Source of the DNA: the human T2T-CHM13v2.0 reference genome, Homo sapiens
DNA: 64,000 nucleotides
Strand: one strand, 5' to 3'
Assembly: GCF_009914755.1 (NCBI RefSeq)
Contig: NC_060936.1
Position numbers and translations under genes: made by a program. Numbering within the stretch: the stretch's first letter is position 1; each line of letters opens with the position of its first letter. This document shows, piece by piece, positions 43,931 to 58,705 of the stretch. The notes beneath the pieces are model-generated. The model was not told the origin of the DNA, searched no databases, and worked only from the letters and a program-made list of their open reading frames with translations.

Positions 43931-44202
43931 AGTATACCAACAGAAGGAAGACACATTAACCTTCTCCCACCCAAACTTTTTCCATGACTTAATATATCTG
44001 CATAAAATCATAGGAAAAAGCTTGGAACTGTACACACCAAACTGACACAGTGGTTATTTTTGGGGAGGAGGAGAGGGAACTGTGATTGTTGAGAAAAGAC
44101 GGTGTTCAAGAGGGAATTGATCTTTATCTGTCCCGTTTTAATTCTTATAAAAAAGGGAATGTTTCAATGTATTATTTGTGTAGTTAAAAATCTATTAAAA
44201 GA

Positions 44203-44501
44203 GGCCAGTTGCATTGGCTGATGCTTATAATCCCAGCATTTTGGGGGGCTGAGGCAGGCAGCTCACTTGAGCCCAGGAGTTTAAGACCAGCCCGGGCAAC
44301 ATGGTAAAACCCCACCTCTACTAAAAATGCAAAAAAATTAGCCAGGCATAGTGGTGTGTGCCTGTAGTCCCAAGGCTGGGAGTACAGCCTTGGGAGGCTG
44401 AGGTGGGATGATCACCTGCGTCTGGGAGGTTGTGGCTAAAGTGAGATGTGGTTGTGCCTTGGCGATGGGAGTGAGACCCTGTTTCAAAAAAACAAACAAA
44501 A
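44203..44501 (+). mobile_element. Alu (J-like)
   Basis: Diverged dimer; TSD tct(a/g)ttaaaaga. Confidence 0.9.
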
Positions 44502-44897
44502 ATTCTGTTAAAAGAAAAAAGTAAATGACCTATCCCCAATCCTGGCTGGGAGTATGTATGTGATTGATGACTTTGGGGAGCCCAGAAACTTCCACTTGTG
44601 TCAGGAAGGTGCATGAAACAAGTTTGTAATTAAAAGCATGAACATCTTGTTGCCCTCTGAAGAGAGACTGTTAACTGAGACTCTATAGAAGTCTCATAGT
44701 CTCTATAGAAGTCTCATATAGAAGGAGCATAGACTGGTCAGCTTATGTGTCCAGAACTGTCCAGAAAAGAGGATTCCTAGACCTATAGGCAAGAGAAGCT
44801 GACTCATGCATCAGGCAAATCCCTAGAATGGAGCGACCCAACATTATGATTGTCCAATTGACTGTGATTCCAGGACTACAAACAACTTCTGTAGGTC

Positions 44898-45285
44898 GTT
44901 TAGGCTGGGTTCTCCTAGAAGCAGACCCCAAGACAAGGATTTTGAGTGCAAGAGTTTATTTGGTGGGTAATTCCATGAAGCACTAGTAGGGCACCACAGT
45001 TGCTGAGGGCAACCGTGCTCAATCCTGCAGACGCCTTCTGGGAGGCTGGGTTGAACATACTGCCATGTCATGCATGGTGTGCAAAGTTGTGTGCATGAGG
45101 AAGTATTCTTCATTCACATCAGTCATCCATCAGTTGAGGAAAGCTACAAGGAGTGTTCTCTCATTGACACTTCTGACCTTCTCTATCCACTGACTTAGCA
45201 TGCTTGGGAAGCCAGAGAACAGACGTTGTCAATTCAGTGTGCAAAGAAAGGTGTTAGGGACATCAGTAGTGTGGGCTATAGCTTC
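44898..45285 (-). mobile_element. ERVL LTR (LTR33/LTR16-like)
   Basis: aggctgggttctcctagaagcagaccccaagacaaggattttgagtgcaagagtttatttgg. Confidence 0.65.
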
Positions 45286-47469
45286 CTGAATATATTCGGA
45301 ATAGGAAGTAATGTGCTTAGTGAAGAAGGTGAGTTTTTGTCCCCCTGAATGATACTGGTTTTCAATGGAATCAATAAATCAGCCATCTGATTTATACATC
45401 ATACTCTTATGAGTTTGGCTGGTCTGAGTCTAGACAGACCACCGCCTTTTGAGAGTACTTGGTAAAATTGAATTCCTTAGACTGTAAAACCCAAGAAATC
45501 AAGTGTGGAGACTGAAAAGTGAAAAATTGCAGCAGGCAGGGGTCATGAATAAGTGAAGTGGGAGGATGAGGGAGATAATGCACACAAAGTACTCAGCACA
45601 GCACCTGGCATGTCGTAAGTGCTTAATAAAAGTTACCAATAGCAGCAGCAGCAGCAGCAACTACTATTTCTGGGGACAGCTTTAAGAAGGGTGTGGAATC
45701 TAAGCATAACTCATTGAAAGGGTGCCAAAAAATTTAGGGAACTAGCCAGGAAGAGGTTTAAAACAAAAGTCTCCTTGCCTAATACTGGCCTCTTGTATAG
45801 ACCTTGTAATTAGGATGACAGTCATTTTCTATTAATTGCAGACTATGATTTTTTTAGGTGTGAGGTTAATTGGTAATATGGGTGTGTAACATGTTCCCCT
45901 CAGATATCTTAGACGCCAGTAATTAACCTCTTTGTTCCGCAGTGCAGCCATTAATCATTTGTCTGCTAGGCATTCTGCTGTCAGCATCTTGCCACACTGC
46001 CTGCTGCATAGGCTTTGACATATTATCAGGACCAACATGGAAGAATAGAAAAATGAGTTGTAGTGTGTGTGTAGCAAGACCAAGTTAACTTTCGATTCAT
46101 GTGGCCAAGATGGCAGCTGGTTTATCCATGCAGCACCACGAGGCTCAGTGCTGGGTGCTTATAAGGCTTATGAGGGCCTGTGGGGATGTTTGCATCCTAG
46201 AAAGAAGTTGTAGCCTCTGAAATAGAAGAAGAAAACCATAAAACTGAATTTAAATTAATACATGTTTCATCTCATGCCTATACAATGCAACATTGCATCA
46301 ACTACTCAATGGTGACTCAACCCCCAGTTCTCTCTATATTTTATGTGGTTACATTTTAATATTTTTATAAATTGAGGTGAGAACCTCTACTGTCAAGTGT
46401 CCAGGGTTTGTATTGACCCTGCCCTGGGCACAGGCTACTGATTGCAATTTGATTTGTAGGAATTTGGTTTATTCAGAAGGCCCCGAATAAATGGGTTAGT
46501 TATAGCTTGGAATATTTTTCAACTTGCTCACCTGATTTTTTGGATGTTCTTTGGGACTTAAAAATTTTAACTGTAAAAGAAAATGTATGCTTGTTGAAAT
46601 AGAATAAATACAACCATGTAGAAGGCAAAGTGTTAGTGGTATCCCACCACCCTTCCCATCTCTAACTGATATTAAAAAAAAGTTAAATGCAGTGTTTCTT
46701 AAACTTTCTTAGGGGTTGGAGAGACCTGGCACATAGCTGTCCCGATTTTGCCCCCTGCATAGTGGTTAATAGGCACATCATTTCTGCCACTAACTATCCC
46801 AGTGACTTCAGATAAGTGGCTTCACCCTCTCTCAGCCTCAGCCTTCTGGAGTGCATCACGGGATGATAACAGTGTCTGCCTCCGGAGTTGCTGTGAGGAC
46901 TGAGTGAGTAACTATGCATAGAGAATTCAGCTTTGTACCCGGTACAATTTCTATGCTCAATAAGGGCATTATTTCCTAACCCTGAACCCTGAGCCTGGTG
47001 AAAAGAGATTGCATAACATATATTCCTGAGTCACAGTGGTGCAATTTTCCAGTGTTTGCAGATTTAGGGCACTCCCTTGGGGTATAATTAGAGTCAGATT
47101 TTGGAAAAGGTTGATCCACTCAGTCATCTGTTTTCTTCTTCTTAATTTAAATACAGGGCATACTGCAAGGTGCTCTCCCCAGGTTGTGCTGAATAATTAA
47201 TGCCAGCTCTGATAATCCTGCCTGACTTAAAAATGGTTCATTATTACCGATAACAACCATGACAATTTACTGAGAGCTCACTGCCTGCCCTAAGTCCTTT
47301 TTCTGTCATAAGGTGTGAGGTTAAGCAGTTGGGATTGTGAGACAGAGATCTGAGTTCCATCCTACTCTGGTCTCCTCCAAGCAGTATGTCTTCAGTCAAA
47401 TAACTTCCTCTCTCTCTGAGCCACTGTTTCCTCAACCGTAAAATGGGACACTATTAGCTACTCACTGCT

Positions 47470-48060
47470 CTGTCTGAGACCACCTTGGCCTGGACTTCAT
47501 TGTCCATATCACTATCAGCATTTTGGTCAAAACCATTCAACAAGTCTCTAGGAAGTTCCAAACTTTCCCACGTCTTCCTTCTTTTTTTGAACCCTCTGAA
47601 CTGTTCCAACCTCTGCCTGTTGCCCAGTTCCAAAGTCATTTCCACATTTTGGGCTATATTTACAGCAGTGTCCCACTACCTCAGTACCAATTTACTATAT
47701 TAGTCCGTCCTCATGCTGCTAATAAAGACATACCCAAGACTTGATAATTTATAAAGAAAAGAGGTTTAATTGACTCACAGTTCCACATGGCTGGGGAGGC
47801 CTCAGGAAACTTACAATCATGGTGGAAGTCACCTCTTCACAGGACGGCAGGAGAGAGAATGCATGCAAGCAGGGGAAATGCCAGATGCTTATAAAACCAT
47901 TAGATCTCATGAGAGGCACTCATTATCACGAGAACAACATGGGGGGAACCGCCCCCATGATTCAATTACCTCCACCTGGTCCTGCCCTTGACACGTGGGG
48001 ATTACCAGGATTATAATTCAAGGTGAGATTTGGGTGGGGACACAGAGCCAAATCGTATCA
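47470..48060 (-). mobile_element. Truncated MaLR provirus: LTR (47696-48060) plus ~225 bp internal sequence
   Basis: Internal ccattcaacaagtctctaggaagttccaaactttccc...taccaatttac abutting an LTR that ends ccaaatcgtatca; inserted in a MIR. Confidence 0.88.
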
Positions 48061-48532
48061 GTAGCTGTGTTGAGGATTAAATGCACAATTAATGCAAAAC
48101 TCCTAGCCTGAAGTTGGCAGGCTGCAAGCACTTGATAAATGTTAACTTTTATTATTATCTTCATGTTCTTTAACCCTTACAGCAGTCCTTTGGGGTAAAT
48201 AGGAAAAATGTTTGGCTCATTTCCTAGGACATACCTCTGAAAAAACAGGAGCCTTCAACAGTTAATTCTATTTCCTTTTATAATCTTTTGCACAGTGTGT
48301 TTGGGAATGGGGATGTAAATTTGCCCTATCAACAGGAAAGTGGATTTGTACATTATATTCATGCCACTGAAAGTGAGTGAGCCAGGGCTCTGTGAATCAG
48401 CGTGGGTGAATCCCCCAAAAAACGTGCCAAGAAAATAAAATCAAATTGCACAAAAAAGTACATATAGACTATTTTTTAACATAAAGTTTAAAAATATGCA
48501 CAGCAACTACATAAAGTTAGGGATAAACATTA

Positions 48533-49006
<474 letters not shown>

Positions 49007-49537
49007 TTAATCTGCTCCTGGGGCCATTTATTCTTCTTCATGCCTTTCAAAATATGTCTCAAGTAGGTAATAGTAATTTAAAAACTTGCAACTCAGCCAT
49101 TGGGAGGGTTTTGTTGGCCTCTTTAACCAAGTCCTTTAACCTTCTTTAATCCCCATTCCTTCCACTCCTTCATGGTGCCTTTCTAACAAAGCCCTCTGCC
49201 TTTCTAACAAAGCCCCCTCTAAGAAAGCCTGCCGCCCAGGCTCAAAATGGAGCTTGCTGGCCGCCAGGATCTCAATTTGCATGTTAAAGGAGTACCTGCT
49301 TTATCCATCTGCGTTTTAATTACAGTTCACCTCCCTGGCTTACCATCCAAACATTCCCAGACACTTGATGACTGTTTTTGGGGGAGGAAGCTAGAGGAAG
49401 GAGTGTTCTCATCACTGCAGAAAGGAGGCCAAACTTAGTAGGGGCAGGGCTAAGACAAGTCATGGTATGTGTCAAGGCTCCCCTACCCCAATCCAAACAT
49501 ATTTATAAATGTGAAGTTTTATTAAAATGAATAGTGT

Positions 49538-49712
49538 AAAATTAACCAGGCGTGGTGGTGCATGCCTGTAATCCCAGCTACTCAGGAGGCTGAAGCGGGA
49601 GGATTGCTTGAGCCCAGAAATTTCGAGGCTGCAGTGAGTTGTGATCACACCACTGCACTCCAGCCTGGGCGTCACACAATGGGACGCTATTAAAAGAGAG
49701 AAAAAAAAAGAG
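49538..49712 (+). mobile_element. Alu right arm (FRAM-like)
   Basis: Right arm only. Confidence 0.85.
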
Positions 49713-49739
49713 TAGGAGAAAGAGAGTAGCAGAAAGGAA

Positions 49740-50186
49740 ATATCTTTTCTTTCCATCTTAGGTTCATGGCTGGGGCTCCTACAGCAAAAGACAGATTAAC
49801 AAGAGAAAAAAATATAAATGTATTTAAGTTTTAAGTGATATGGGAGCTATTGGAAAGATAAAGACCCAAAGAAACAGGGAAATCTGTGTATTTTTCCTGT
49901 GATGAGGGTGTGATGGGAAAGTAGATAGTCATGGAGAAGTATGATTGGACAAAAGGGGTATGATCTAATGGTAATAAACTGGGGGAACTTAACAAGGCCT
50001 GTTTGTTCAGACTCCTGTGTCTTCAGAGATTAGGATGCTCCTTTCCCCCAGGTGTAGGGAGAGCATCTGTTGAATGACTGTCTTATGATTGCTTCAAGGG
50101 AGAAGGTGAGAGAGACCTTCCTGCTTCAGCTGTTTTCTCAAATATCAAGGTGCTATATTTTGGAGTAGTGTGTCCTGAGTCCCATT
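49740..50186 (-). mobile_element. ERV1 LTR (MER4/MER31-group)
   Basis: aaaagacagattaacaagagaaaa...aggtgctatattttggagtagtgtgtcctgagtccc. Confidence 0.65.
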
Positions 50187-50208
50187 AGTAGCAAAAGCAC
50201 TCTTGAAG

Positions 50209-50751
50209 ATTTACTGGAAAGGGATCTCATTCCAGACCCCAAGAGCGAGTTCTTGAATCTAGCACAAGAAAGAATTCTGGGTGAGTCCACAGTGCAAAGC
50301 AAAAGCAAGTTTATTAAGAAAGGAAAGCAGTTGAAAGGACAGCTACTCCATAGACAGAGTAGGGCGTTCCTGAAAGTAAGAGGAGGAACACACCCACCCT
50401 AGGTATAATGCTTGTATATACATAGGATAACAACAAAAACAAAAAAATCATGGGAAGATGTACAAGGGTTTGTGATAAAGATTCAATTTTCTTAATTACT
50501 ATATTTTGTAAGAATCAATATTATTATCTTTAAAGCAAAATTAGGAATGCTTTTGTTCTCAAGATATCGGGTTAACAGGACATTCCTCGGCTTGGGACTT
50601 TTTAGTAACATTATGAATCTGTTCTCTTAACCATAAACATCTACATGCTAGAAATACCCAACACCCTGGGAAAACAGCCCAGCAAGTCCCAGTCTCATTT
50701 TTCTTCGCCCTCACTCAAGATGGAGTCACTCTGGTTTGAATGCCTCTGACA
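50209..50751 (-). mobile_element. MER41C/D-like solo LTR
   Basis: Minus strand starts TGTCAGAGGCATTCAAACCAGAGTGACTCCATCTTGAGTGAGGG; internal tctttaaagcaaaattaggaatgc differs from MER41B. Confidence 0.82.
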
Positions 50752-51454
50752 AAGGGAAAGGGATGTAATATAACCCAGCCCCCCAGCATACTGCCTAGTT
50801 GAATGTGTGCTTGTGTGTGTGTTGGTTGGTTTGTTGGTTGTGGAAGGCAGGAGGGGACACATTAACCAGGCAACTGGTTCTGGTCTTCTCTTGGCAATTG
50901 CTGGCCATTTTATCTGGAACCCCAAGGTAGGCAAAGTTCTAAATAAGTACATTTTGCAGGTGACTGAATCATAAGCCATTGAGGTAATCAATCTTTATGT
51001 GCAGAATATGAGGTTCAGAGAGGTTAAGTGATTTTCTCAAGAGCACACAGCTGGTAAAGTGGCAGAGCTGATACCTGAAGCCTAGATCTGTCTGAACTCA
51101 AGGGATTGTGTGCTTATCAATTTGCTAGTGTGTTGCTATAACTTTTCAATTTTACTGAGGGTGACTTTACTGGCAACCATTTCAAGAATCACCCCCTACC
51201 CACCTTTAAAAATTGTGTTGCTTTCTAAAAGAGGATACAGAACAATTTAACTTTTTTCCATGTTATAAAAGTCAGTCATCTGTGCTGAGAGTTACACTCT
51301 CAGGTGTGTTTGAGGGGAAGGTAGGGAGGGAAACTAGCATATATTCAGCAACTACAACATGCCAGGCATTTGCTAGACATTTTATGTATTCCTACTTATG
51401 TTCCCTATCCTCACTTTTTATTCCCATTTTACAGATAGAGAAATGGTGTCTCAC

Positions 51455-52398
<944 letters not shown>

Positions 52399-53207
52399 TT
52401 ATACAACTTATGGGTGGTGGAGGTTGGACATGCCCATAGTTCTAGCTGGCTCCATACTCTTCACTGAACTGTCATTTCTCCTGAGGAATGGAGCACTCTT
52501 TGCCCTTGTATTAAATAGCCCTAGCCTGCAAGCCTTTTTATTTAGAGTTCCTCTCAGCTCTTTCTATATCTGCCCAGCTTTCATCCATTATATCCAAGCA
52601 AGTCTTTCTCCCCTAAGCCTTTTGTGACCTAAGTCAGAGTTTTCCATCTCCTGTGGAACTGGGAAACCTAGTAACTACTAGCGTGCATCGTGTGTCAACC
52701 AAGAGGCAGTGGGCTCTGAGTGAATATCTGGGGTTCCCCCTTTAGCCAGTGGGTTTTATAACATTTTGGAGTGCTCAGAAAGATTTCTTCCTCTCTTCCT
52801 GAAATAATTATATGGGTCTGTTCAATTTATCCTTTGTATAACTCTTCCTAACTCTCCAAGGTCATTCATATGGAGTGTATCACTCGATTCTCACAAAAAT
52901 TCTGTTAAAAAAGTGGGGGCGAGTGATATAATCTTCTAGATAGCTGAGGTGTTGAGCAGCCACTTATCTATGTATCTTTCTTCTCTTAGTACCTGCTTGG
53001 CCCTGGCTCCTTCCCTTCCACAAGCTGTGACTCTATGTACTGTGCTACATGAGCTCACGGTCTCGGAGATAATATTTTAATTTGCATATGCTCTTGTGAA
53101 ACGAGAACAGGTTTGTGTTAAGATTTGAGTTCAACTTCTAGCATTTACTAGAATTTACCACTTACCAACTTTACTATTTACTCGCTGTGGGTTAGGGTTA
53201 GGGCAAG

Positions 53208-53845
53208 TATATTAGTCTAGTTCTCATATGCTATAAAGAACTACCAGAGACTGGGCAATTTATAAAGAAAATAGGGTTTTTGTTTGTTTGTTTGTTTTTG
53301 TTTTTTTTGAGATGGAGTCTGTCACCAGGCTGGAGTGCAGTGGCGCCATCTCGGCTCACTGTAATCTCTGCCTCCCAGTCTCAAGCAATTCTTGTGCCTC
53401 AACCTCCTGAGTAGCTGGGATTACAGTGCCCGCCACTATGGCTGGCTAATTTTTGGATTTTTAGTGGAGATGGGATTTCACCATGTTGACCAGGCTGATC
53501 TTGAACTCCTGACCTCAAGTGGAGCAAATAGGCTTAATTGGCTAGAATTCTGCAGGCTGAACAGGAAGCGTAGATGCGGAGGGCTCAGGAAACTTACAAT
53601 CATGGTGGAAGGTGAAGGGGAAGCAGCATGTCTTCAACAAGGCAACAGGAGAGAGTGAGAGAAGGGGGAGGTGCTAAACACTTTTGAACAACCAGGTCTC
53701 GTGAGAACTCACTCAGTATCATGAGAACAGCAAGGGGGAGCTCCACCCCCATGATCCAGTCACCTCCCACCAGGCCCCTCCTCCAATGTTGAGGATTACA
53801 ATTCAACATGAGATTTGGGTGGGGACACAGATCCAAACCACATCA
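53208..53845 (-). mobile_element. MST LTR interrupted by a truncated Alu (53277-53520)
   Basis: tatattagtc...gagactgggcaatttataaagaaaa | Alu | ...gagatttgggtggggacacagatccaaaccacatca. Confidence 0.88.
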
Positions 53846-54826
53846 GCAAGCAACTTCACTTCTTTGGATCTTGCTTTTCGTATCTGTAAAATGGGGATAA
53901 AACAGTACCTACTTCATAGGACCTTTAAGGGGGGGATCAGATAATACATAAAAAGTGATTAGCTCAATGGGTGGCAGAGAGTCAACACTTAAAGGCACCA
54001 CACACTGCTACTTATAGATGCCACTTCCCTATGCACCAAGATCCCAGCTTGCTGTGTGACTTAGGGAAGTTGCTTGGCCTCTTGGGGCTACTTTCATTTG
54101 TAAAATGCATGGGTTCAATTGCATAATATCAGAGGTTCCTTCTGGCTTGAACAATTCACCATCCTCAGATTGTTTATATAGCACACCCATACTATTTATT
54201 TTCAAAAGTCTATTCATAGTATCCTACTTGTAATAATTTTAGATAATAGTTGCACAGATTTAATAGAAGCCAGGTGAATTGTTCAGCATTTTTTAAATGC
54301 AGGAATTGAACAATATATTTATGTACATAATTACCCGTTTTTTTCCTTTGCAATCTAAAAGGGCATATTAAAAATTGAGCAATGATTTCTTTCTCCTCCT
54401 GTTGGGTCAAGGAACTGGCTAATGCAGTTTTATGTTAATTGGAAGACACACTAAATGGCATAGCTAAAAGAAAGAGAAGTACTCAGTTGTAGAAGTGCTT
54501 TTTAATCACCTACCTGAATTTGAGCATCTGAAGGGTTTCCAGCAAGTTATGCGGCCCTTGAGGGAATACTTGTTCTGTCCTCACTACAGAGTTGATAAAT
54601 AAACGATTTCTTGAGTGTGGCTCTTGGTGAAATTCTCAAACATCAATGAACCAGATTTGTCTTAGCTTCTCTCTGCAATTTCTCTTCCTCCTAAATGCCT
54701 TGCTGTGATTTTAGCCTGGCCTCTTGTCCATTAAATGCACTGTTCTTTGCTCGACATGTAGTTCATTTTATGGCGAACCAGAAGGCAGTTTGCTTTGAAG
54801 TCACTTTCCCGCTCTAAAACCTTTAG

Positions 54827-55354
<528 letters not shown>

Positions 55355-55639
55355 TAGTAAATATTTATTGAATTAAATTAGCAAATTCATATATTGTGCT
55401 TTGGGGGAACACTTCCATTCTCAAGGTTAATTATTTGTTTCATTAATTAAGGACTTCTGCTTTTAATCGAGATGTTGTCTTGAGATATTTGGGGAAACTG
55501 GCTTTTCAGATGCCACGACTTAAGACCTGAGAAATGCAAACCTTCTTGTAAGACGCAAGCAGCTGATCATTCCCAAGGGCTTGAGCTTCTGTGTTAAATG
55601 CACAGTAAGCTGTGATAAAAGGGGAGGCAGACACACTAT

Positions 55640-55965
55640 TCTTTTTGTGTTTTGGACCAAGCCTTCAAAATCTGCTTTACACTTACAGCACATTTCACAT
55701 TGGATGCTAACTTTTCATCAGAAATATTTGATCTGGATTTCTATTTGGTTATATTTACAACTGGCAAAGTAGATTGACATCAGTAAGTCCTAATCATTCT
55801 TTAAAATGCTCCAGGAACTGAATCAGATTTGAGTTAAAAACTAAGATTAAAGTAGATGAAAATTAAATAAAATAAAAAATTCACTTTTTTAGTCATACTA
55901 GCCACGTTTCAAGTATACAATAAATAGCCATGTGTGGTTTGTAGTGATCTCATTGGACGATGCCA
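55640..55965. mobile_element. MER33-like hAT-Charlie MITE
   Basis: cacttacagcacatttc...ggatgctaacttttcatcagaaatatttgatctg...tagccacgtttcaagt. Confidence 0.75.
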
Positions 55966-57122
55966 GATCTGGATGTTTCGTGAGCACCATCTTCCCCAAA
56001 TCCTCACAGACTGTTTCTTACATAATGCCACCACCAGACAATTGACCTAGAAGGTAGAAGTTCAAGGGTTATCCTTGACTTATACCTCTCCCCATCTCAA
56101 GTAGCTGGGATTACAAGTGCACGCCACCATGTCTGAGTATTTTATTTTATGTAGAGATGGGGTTTAGCTATGTTGCCAAGGCTGGTCTCAAATGCCTGGC
56201 CTCAAGTGATCCTCCCATCTTAGCCTCCTCAGTAGCTGGAATTAGACTGTTCTTCCTAACATGCAGATCTGACCATTCACTCACATTCTCTGCTCCAGTT
56301 GAGTCTTACTGCTGTCCCTTGAGTTTCCTGTGAAATCTCTAGGTCTTTGCACATGATATTCTGTCTCTCTAGAATCCTATTTCTTCTCTCCTTCCACCTC
56401 CTGCCTATTGTTTGGTTTGCCTTCACCAAGAAGCCGTCCTGGATTCCTTCCAGTCTGCACTAGGTGCTCCTTCTTGGTGCTCTCACATCTCTGTGCTTCC
56501 CCTCCTCTGCTACCTTCTAGCATTGATGACAGAGCTTGTTGTGAGACTGGATTTGGTCTGTTTGTTCATTGCTGCATCCCCAGTGCCTAGAGTCAGCACC
56601 TGTCAACATGCATGAATAAATTACAGACCTGCCCCCCAAACCAACCTGTCATCTTGATGCCTATTGTTCAAAAGCATCTCAGTGATGGGAAACATAACCA
56701 GCCCCACTTTCTGGAAAATCAACCCCAGCACAAGTCTGACACGCAGTGGGCCAATGGTCCTGGTGTCCATGGTGACAGAGCAGCTAACGTAGCTCCCAAA
56801 GCATGCCTTGAACCACTGGAATAGTTGTTCCACTTTTGCAGCCTCGCTTGAAATCTATCAATGGCTTCCTATTGCTTTGAGGGTAAAACTCAGACTCTTC
56901 CTACAGCCCACAAGGGACGGAGTGATCTGACCGTGCCCTGCTCTCCCATCTCATCTTTTCCTGCTTCCTTTCTTCATCTCTACTCTCCCCCGGCTCTCTT
57001 GGCTCCAGCCACACCACACTGATCGCTCTGTTTCCACCTCTGCATTTGCTGTTCCTTCTGGCTGGTGCCTCTCCTCCTTCTGGTTTCAGCTTAAATGGCT
57101 TTTCCTTTAAGAAACCTTCCTT

Positions 57123-57427
57123 GGGTCGGTGAGGTGGCTCATGCCTATAATCCCAGCACTTTGGGAGGCCAAGCGAGGCAGATCACCTGAGGTTGGGAGT
57201 TCGAAACCAGCCTGGCTAACATGGTGAAACCCCGTCTCTACTAAAAATACAAAAATTAGCTTGGCGTGGTGGTAGGTGCCTGTAATTCCAGCTACTTAGG
57301 AGGCTGGGGCAGGAGAATCGCTTGAACCCAGGAGGTGGAGGTTGCAGGGAGCAGAGGTTGCACTACTGCACTCCAGCCTGGGCAACAGAGTGAGACTCTG
57401 TCTCAATTAAAAAAAAAAAAAAAAAAA
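57123..57427 (+). mobile_element. AluS
   Basis: Full dimer; TSD-like aa(a/g)ccttccttg. Confidence 0.95.
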
Positions 57428-57525
57428 GCCTTCCTTGATCTATCTAAAGGAGCAGCTCACTTAGTCCCTCTGCAGTCCATTATCTTATTTGATTATCTTC
57501 AAAGCACTTAAACATGTCTAAAATT

Positions 57526-57837
57526 ATTATTTTATTTATTTATTTATTTTTGAGATGGAGTGTCACTCTGTTGCCCAGGCTGGAGTGCAGTGGCATGATC
57601 TTGGCTCACTGCAAGCTCCGTCTCCTGGGTTCATGCCATTCCCCTGCCTCAGCCTCCCGAGTAGCTAGGACTACAGGCGCCTGCTGCCACGCCCAGCTAA
57701 TGTTCTGTATCTTATCTTTAGTAGAGACAGGGTTTCACCGTGTTAGCCAGGATGGTCTCGATCTCCTGACCTTGTGATCCACCCACCTTGGCCTCCCAAA
57801 CTGCTGGGATTATAGGTGTGAGCCCCCGCACCCACCT
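57526..57837 (-). mobile_element. Alu (Y/Sc-like)
   Basis: gcaagctccg and gttagccaggatggtctcgatctcc; TSD tgtctaaa(a/g)ttatt; lies within an L2. Confidence 0.93.
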
Positions 57838-58377
57838 GTCTAAAGTTATTTTATGCATTTACTTTCTTAGTTACAGTTATTTCTCCCCATTTGAATGTAA
57901 ATTCTTTGAGGACAAAGATTTCGTCATCTTGTTCATGGCTGTTTTCCCAAAGCCCAGAACAGTGCTTTAAACATAGTAGGTGCTCAATAAAACCCTTGTT
58001 CAATGAATGAACCATTAGATAATTCAGCTTTTTAGTAAGCAGAACACTTCCAAGAACCAGTTATAGGTAGATGTCAAGCATTCTTTCTTTCTTACCTTTT
58101 AGCTTGTTAATCAGTTTCACTGATCAAATGCAATGGTATCTTTTCATTTTCACAGGAGAGAGCTGGTTCACAGCTCCCTGGTTTTATGAGTTTAGACAAA
58201 TGAATGCAGTCATGTAACCACCACCACGACTGATGGTGCAGACACCTGAGCATTCTTTTTACTTCCCTAGGAAAGGTGCAAGAATTTTGCCATGGGAAAG
58301 TCATTCCTGCCACTCTTCTGGCAATGTGTTAGTTCCATCCAGATCCCTACTCATCCTACCCAGAGCATCTTGGATTG

Positions 58378-58705
<328 letters not shown>

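Noticed and set aside
45641-45660. Short (CAG)n run
   Set aside because: Only about six units at a MIR end, not in a credible ORF.
55701-55716. GATGCTAACTTTT, an inverted partial match to the duplicated 0.9/2.5-kb core
   Set aside because: Lies in a MER33-like MITE and is only 13 nt, so most likely coincidental, although a Dfam check of the module is still advisable.
56758-56780. Partial REST/RE1-like match (CACCATGGACA on the minus strand)
   Set aside because: The critical TCAG and GCGCC flanks are missing.
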